Assembly (NCBI GenBank): GCA_937982385.1 | Contig: CALJMC010000024.1 | Span: 1 to 30,102 of the forward strand | Origin: an uncultured Rickettsiales bacterium | GTDB lineage: Bacteria > Pseudomonadota > Alphaproteobacteria > Rickettsiales > UBA998 | Reading direction: 5' to 3' | DNA: 30,102 bases | Shown: piece by piece, positions 25,283-30,102 of the stretch | How the letters are laid out: every line of letters begins with the position of its first letter | How positions within the stretch are numbered: the stretch's first letter is position 1 | Notes under the pieces: generated by a model | Told to the model about the DNA's origin: nothing | The model's input: only the letters and a program-made list of their open reading frames with translations | Databases searched by the model: none | Made by a program: the position numbers and the translations under genes

Positions 25283-26128
25283 CTATCTTTTGTAGTGACC
25301 GCGATGTGTGTCGAAAACTTCCAGAACTTTCCCAAGGAATGATACAAAACGGCACTGTATGTTGAAAGGAATGAAATAGAGAATGATTGCAGGATAGAGT
25401 AGGTGATTAATGTCACCATTCATGCGTAGCATGATGCCATAAACAAGAAAAAGAATGAGAGAAAATACCAGCATATTTCGTGCTGCCTTCCAATAAATGA
25501 TTTGAATGCGGTGCATTTCCATTGCATGCTTATGTTGCCATATGCACCGTCCAAACTGAAGTAAGGTTACGAAAATGAGAGCAAGATAGTGTTGTGCTAA
25601 AAAAAATATTTTCACTGCCGCAATTTCTATCACGAAAATTAAGATGCCTAATAGTGACGTATTTTGAGGGCAGTCTATCGCGTAACGCGTGGTGGGAGTT
25701 TTATATTGACTGGCTTTGCATTGTTCTCCTATAGAGGTATAAAATAACTCTGCTTGCTCATTCACGGTTGCTAATACAGGAAATATTCCTGTGATATAAA
25801 GAAAAGATAAAACATATATTATAAATAAGGGAAAGAAAGAAGCGCACCCTGACAAAAACATAAAAATCAATCGTTGTACGGGAGAGGGTGGTTTTTTGTA
25901 ACTAGGTACACCATATGATTCTTTGATACGCTTTTCGCGAGGTAGTAGATAAAAATACACTATTGGAAAATAAAAGAGCGCTGCAGCTAGCGTTGCGCAC
26001 CAAATGCTCCACAAAAATTCATTCAATTGCCATTGCTCATTATATGCTAATAGCATTGTCATTAGAATGAAGCCGGCATTTTGCAAAGTGGGGTTTTTGT
26101 AAAAAGCTTGTTTTGTGGACAATTGCAA
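25283..26128 (-). CDS. Hypothetical polytopic membrane protein, visibly AT-rich
   Basis: 281-aa ORF with TTG start, about 6 hydrophobic segments, WQLNEFLWSIW segment. No function recognised. Confidence 0.65.
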   Translation of the reverse strand: MQLSTKQAFYKNPTLQNAGFILMTMLLAYNEQWQLNEFLWSIWCATLAAALFYFPIVYFYLLPREKRIKESYGVPSYKKPPSPVQRLIFMFLSGCASFFPLFIIYVLSFLYITGIFPVLATVNEQAELFYTSIGEQCKASQYKTPTTRYAIDCPQNTSLLGILIFVIEIAAVKIFFLAQHYLALIFVTLLQFGRCIWQHKHAMEMHRIQIIYWKAARNMLVFSLILFLVYGIMLRMNGDINHLLYPAIILYFIPFNIQCRFVSFLGKVLEVFDTHRGHYKR

Positions 26129-26231
26129 GGTGGCAACCTACTATATACACTAATGTTTCGTTAGAAACGAGTATATCCTAAATGATGCTATTTGGCTAGT
26201 GGCGGTGATAGGAGTGCAAAGAGAGAAACCT

Positions 26232-29200
26232 ATGAATAATCTGTTAGATAAAATAAGTGGTTATGCGTTGGCGGATGAGACGGAAGCGGTGGCGCATCTG
26301 CTGAGTGAATTGGGTGATGTTGAGGCGGCATATCCTAGCATTTATGCAGAGGCGAGAGCGTCCGTTGAGCGCTTGCGTAAAGAGGGGCTGGGGCTGTCTG
26401 TTGAGGCGTTCTTGCAGGAATATGGATTGTCGAGCAAAGAGGGCGTGTCAGTGATGTGCTTGGCGGAGGCGCTGCTGCGTATTCCAGACCGTAAAACTGC
26501 TGACAAACTGATTGATTCCACCTTTGACGGCGCGAATTGGAATGATCATTTGGGCAAAAGCTCGTCCTTCTTTGTGAATGCGTCCAGTTGGGGGTTGCTG
26601 CTGACAGGCAAAGCGCTGGATTATGGCGTGAGTGATGATGGTGAGCCTGAGGGCGTGTTTGGCAAGCTAGTGCATGGGGTGTCGGAGCCTGTCGTGCGTA
26701 GCTCGCTCAAAGCCGCGATGAAGATTGTCGCTTCACAATTTGTGATGGGTGAGGACACTAAAGAGGCGCTTAAAAAGGCAAAATCATTTGAGAAGCAGGG
26801 CTATATGTTCTCCTATGATATGCTGGGTGAGGGTGCGCGGTCTGCCGCTCAGGCGGAGCGATATTATGCCTCTTATAAAAAAGCAATTGAGGACGTGGCG
26901 AAATCTGCCAAGTCGGGAGGGCATCTCTTCGAAATGCCGAGTGTATCAATTAAGCTGACGGCACTGCATCCGCGTTATGAGATGGCGCAAAATGAGCGGG
27001 TGATGACCGAGCTTCTGCCAAAAGTGCGTGAGTTGGTGCTGCTAGCGAAGAGCAAAAACATTGCCGTATCCATTGATGCGGAGGAGGCGAGCCGCCTCGA
27101 TATTGAGCTGGAACTCTATGCGGCACTCTTTCAAGATGAGGCGCTTGCCGATTATGAAGGGCTAGGCTTTGTGTTACAGGCCTATCAAAAACGCGCGATT
27201 CATGTGATTGACTTCTTGGGCGACCTATCACGCAAAACGGGCAAGCGTATGCCAGTGCGTTTGGTAAAAGGCGCCTATTGGGATACCGAAATTAAGATGG
27301 CGCAAGTGGAGGGGCTGGAGGGTTATCCCGTCTTCACCACTAAGGCGCATTCGGATGTGGCATATCTTGCATGCGCGAAGAAAATGCTGGATAAACCAGA
27401 GCAATTCTATCCACAATTTGCGACCCATAATGCGCTGACTATTGCTGCAGTGCGTCATATGGCGAAGGGCGCGGGGGGTGAGCAGCCTTACGAGTTCCAG
27501 CGTCTGCATGGCATGGGCGAAAAGCTCTATGAATCTGTGGTGGACGCTGCACCGTGCCGTATTTATGCACCCATTGGAGAGCATAAAGATTTGCTGGCCT
27601 ATCTCATACGTCGCTTGTTGGAGAATGGTGCGAACAGCTCGTTCGTGCATGTGATGATGGATAAGAATGTGTCGATAGATAAAGTGCTACGCGACCCGAT
27701 TGCAGAGTCTAGAAAATCAGATGCTTCCATGTTGAAGCTGCCGAAAAATCTCTATGGCAATCATCGTGTAAATTCGATGGGATTTGATACGGGCTATCGC
27801 ACTCAGCTTGCACAGTTGGAAGCGGGCCGCACACAGTGGAATGCCGATTCTTGGAAGCAACCAAGACCTACATCCATTGCTGCGCTTGATGGCATGATGG
27901 CGACTGCCAAAACCGCTCAAACTGCGTGGGATAAACGCCCAGTTGCAGAGCGTAGAGCGATTTTGGAAAATGCAGCAGATGCGATGGAGAACGCCAGCGC
28001 AGAACTGATGACACTACTCGCACATGAAGCAGGAAAAACCATCGGTGATGCCATTGCTGAAGTGCGTGAGGCGGTGGACTTTCTGCGTTATTATGGCGCG
28101 AAAGCTACCGAGCTATTTCACCCGCAGAATCTCGATGGTCCAACGGGTGAGCAGAATATTTATCAACTGCAAGGGCGCGGTGTGTTTGTGTGCGTCAGTC
28201 CGTGGAATTTCCCGTTTGCCATCTTCATGGGGCAGGTTGCTGCCGCATTGGTGGCAGGCAATGGAGTGATGGCGAAACCAGCCGAACAAACCCCTAAAAT
28301 TGCTCTACGCGCAGTGGAGATGCTGCATGAGGCGGACATCCCAGAAGAACTGCTGCAACTCGTATTTGGCGATGGTGCGAATGTCGGTGCGGCATTGGTT
28401 GCGCATCCCGATGTGGCAGGGGTTGCCTTTACGGGGTCTACCAACACAGCGCGCCATATCAACCGCGCATTGGCGGCCAAAGACGGTGCGATTGTCCCGC
28501 TGATTGCCGAGACAGGCGGACAAAACTGCATGATGGTCGGCTCGTCTGCGCTACTAGAACAAGCGGTGGATGACATTGTGTATTCCGCTTTTGGTAGTGC
28601 AGGGCAGCGTTGTTCGGCATTGCGCGTGCTCTATGTCCATGAGGCGATTGCCGATAATCTCATAACCCTCATAAAAGGTGCGATGGATGAGCTGAAGCTC
28701 GGAAATCCCTATGATGTCAGCACCGATATAGGCCCAGTGATTGACCAAGGCGCCTATGATATGCTGCAAAATCATGCGAGCAAGCTTGATACCGCAGACT
28801 GGGCGCAAAAGCTGCACCGTTGCCACCCATCCAAAGACGTACCGCTTTTGTTTGAGCCAAGGCTCTATGAAATTGATGATATTAATCGTCTTCAAGGGGA
28901 AGTGTTTGGACCAATCCTGCATGTCATCCGCTATAAAGGCACAGAAGAATATCAAGTGATAGATAAAATTAACAGCACAGGCTATGGGCTGACCTTCGGC
29001 ATCCATACCCGCATCCCTGATTTCTACGAAAAAGTGGTCGAGGGCGCCCATGTCGGCAATGCCTATATCAACCGCTCCATGACAGGCGCCGTCGTAGGCG
29101 TACAACCCTTCGGCGGTGAAGGACTCTCAGGCACTGGCCCTAAAGCAGGTGGGCCGTATTACCTCTTACGCTTTGCCTCTGAGAAGGTGATATCCACCAA

Positions 29201-29243
29201 CACGGCAGCGATTGGTGGAAATATTGAGTTGTTGAGTGGGTAG
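26232..29243 (+). CDS. putA: Bifunctional proline dehydrogenase / L-glutamate gamma-semialdehyde dehydrogenase, no N-terminal RHH DNA-binding domain
   Basis: LMCLAEALLR-like segment, SYDMLGE, SIKLTALHP, RLVKGAYWD, QFATHN, FQRLHGMGE, RRLLENGANSSF, SPWNFP, FTGS, AETGG, GQRCSALR, EVFGP. ATG 26232 preferred over GTG 26199. Confidence 0.96.
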   Translation: MNNLLDKISGYALADETEAVAHLLSELGDVEAAYPSIYAEARASVERLRKEGLGLSVEAFLQEYGLSSKEGVSVMCLAEALLRIPDRKTADKLIDSTFDGANWNDHLGKSSSFFVNASSWGLLLTGKALDYGVSDDGEPEGVFGKLVHGVSEPVVRSSLKAAMKIVASQFVMGEDTKEALKKAKSFEKQGYMFSYDMLGEGARSAAQAERYYASYKKAIEDVAKSAKSGGHLFEMPSVSIKLTALHPRYEMAQNERVMTELLPKVRELVLLAKSKNIAVSIDAEEASRLDIELELYAALFQDEALADYEGLGFVLQAYQKRAIHVIDFLGDLSRKTGKRMPVRLVKGAYWDTEIKMAQVEGLEGYPVFTTKAHSDVAYLACAKKMLDKPEQFYPQFATHNALTIAAVRHMAKGAGGEQPYEFQRLHGMGEKLYESVVDAAPCRIYAPIGEHKDLLAYLIRRLLENGANSSFVHVMMDKNVSIDKVLRDPIAESRKSDASMLKLPKNLYGNHRVNSMGFDTGYRTQLAQLEAGRTQWNADSWKQPRPTSIAALDGMMATAKTAQTAWDKRPVAERRAILENAADAMENASAELMTLLAHEAGKTIGDAIAEVREAVDFLRYYGAKATELFHPQNLDGPTGEQNIYQLQGRGVFVCVSPWNFPFAIFMGQVAAALVAGNGVMAKPAEQTPKIALRAVEMLHEADIPEELLQLVFGDGANVGAALVAHPDVAGVAFTGSTNTARHINRALAAKDGAIVPLIAETGGQNCMMVGSSALLEQAVDDIVYSAFGSAGQRCSALRVLYVHEAIADNLITLIKGAMDELKLGNPYDVSTDIGPVIDQGAYDMLQNHASKLDTADWAQKLHRCHPSKDVPLLFEPRLYEIDDINRLQGEVFGPILHVIRYKGTEEYQVIDKINSTGYGLTFGIHTRIPDFYEKVVEGAHVGNAYINRSMTGAVVGVQPFGGEGLSGTGPKAGGPYYLLRFASEKVISTNTAAIGGNIELLSG

Positions 29244-29248
29244 CCTCT

Positions 29249-30037
29249 TTAGAACGCCTTTATGAAGCGCATGCTGCAGCCTATATCGGGGTTATCGAGT
29301 TGATAATCACCAGTAAAGTCTGTGTCGTTCGCCGAGGTCGTGCAGTTGGCAACGCTGGCAGAGCCATCAATGGTTATGTTGCCTTGTGCAGGCTTGCCAT
29401 CATCTATTTTCTTATCAATATTCCATGCTTCTTCAGGTGCGAAATAAGGGCAGCGTGAGTAGTGCGTGTTAAAGCTACATGCTTCGCCAAGAATTAAATT
29501 ATTTCCAAAGTTCAAGTGGAATGGCCAGGTGAGTGACCCTGAGCTGTTGTCATGCGTCTCGACGGACCATGTGGCGCCGCTCAATTTGGATGCAGGGCTA
29601 TTATCGTCAGGGTCGGTATTGCTACCTGAACCTGCTCCAGCCATGCCCGTGAATGTTCCATTAATAAGGCCTGCATTTGCAAGATGTTGCCAAAACATAT
29701 ATTCTTCAGAAAACTGAGCGGCAGAACCGCTATCGATGCTTCCATCCCCATTTCCATCACATGTTTCTGTGCTTGTACCCGCTGTGGTTGGGCAATTTGA
29801 TGCGCTGCTGCTTGGGTATTCCCAGAATGCGCCTGCATTTTTAAGGTCGCCTGGCAGCCCTAAATATTTATCCCTAAAGGTATTGATAGCTGTTTTATAT
29901 TGCTGGAGTTCAGTGATGGCAGCGCGCAACTCAGCGGCACGAATCATCGAGCTTCCTGCGACGATGCCGCCAGCAATGAGTCCTATAATAACGAGTACGA
30001 TAGAGAGTTCTAGAAGAGAGAAGCCTTTGTTACACAT
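29249..30037 (-). CDS. Prepilin-type N-terminal cleavage/methylation protein (type IV pilin-like), 262 aa
   Basis: KG|FSLLELSIVLVIIGLIAGG class III signal with Glu+5, followed by a Ser/Gly/Thr-rich, Cys-containing C-terminal domain. AAGGA SD. Confidence 0.88.
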   Translation of the reverse strand: MCNKGFSLLELSIVLVIIGLIAGGIVAGSSMIRAAELRAAITELQQYKTAINTFRDKYLGLPGDLKNAGAFWEYPSSSASNCPTTAGTSTETCDGNGDGSIDSGSAAQFSEEYMFWQHLANAGLINGTFTGMAGAGSGSNTDPDDNSPASKLSGATWSVETHDNSSGSLTWPFHLNFGNNLILGEACSFNTHYSRCPYFAPEEAWNIDKKIDDGKPAQGNITIDGSASVANCTTSANDTDFTGDYQLDNPDIGCSMRFIKAF

Positions 30038-30102
30038 GTAATGTCCTTTTAAGACATATTATCAATGCCTTATCAGTGAAAAAGAGTATCGGGACATCGA
30101 TC

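Noticed and set aside
26143-26176. Nested inverted repeats upstream of putA as a PutR operator
   Set aside because: Arms are short (5-6 bp), AT-rich and asymmetrically spaced, and no regulator gene is adjacent.
189-30041. Many 60-145 aa alternative-frame and antisense ORFs in the track (e.g. 1887-2279, 10064-10447, 18406-18831, 23578-23979, 24763-25200, 27228-27650, 28554-29105)
   Set aside because: All lie within well-supported genes, lack SDs or recognisable motifs, and are expected shadow ORFs.

Overview
A 30.1 kb chromosomal segment from an alphaproteobacterium. Gene order and content suggest a Rickettsiales-related or similar lineage, but this is inference. Housekeeping genes frame the window: phoX (partial), an lptF-lptG-[Pif1-like helicase]-lptD-surA-rsmA operon lacking pdxA, pepA, tRNA-Glu, asd, leuB, putA and a type IV pilin-like gene. 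The accessory-rich middle (about 11.3-22.8 kb) holds a metal-uptake locus, rhlE, a GST plus C26 hydrolase pair, a methyltransferase-like gene with two tandem DUF2459 paralogs, an exported MsrB-MsrA fusion and several orphan ORFs. The metal locus consists of a His-rich RAPP leader peptide, an outer-membrane barrel, a substrate-binding protein and a permease, with no ATPase. No integrase, transposase or CRISPR array was seen. The strongest signals not in the ORF track are: (1) the last codons of the RAPP leader are a perfect 8-nt anti-Shine-Dalgarno for the barrel gene, suggesting a ribosome-stalling metal switch; (2) a dispersed triple-hairpin repeat in two copies 14.6 kb apart, whose first hairpin keeps its geometry with a different sequence; (3) a 25-aa micro-lipoprotein after pepA; (4) two orphan genes sharing the same direct-repeat-N10-TATGCT promoter architecture. 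All assignments come from motif recognition by eye; no searches were run.
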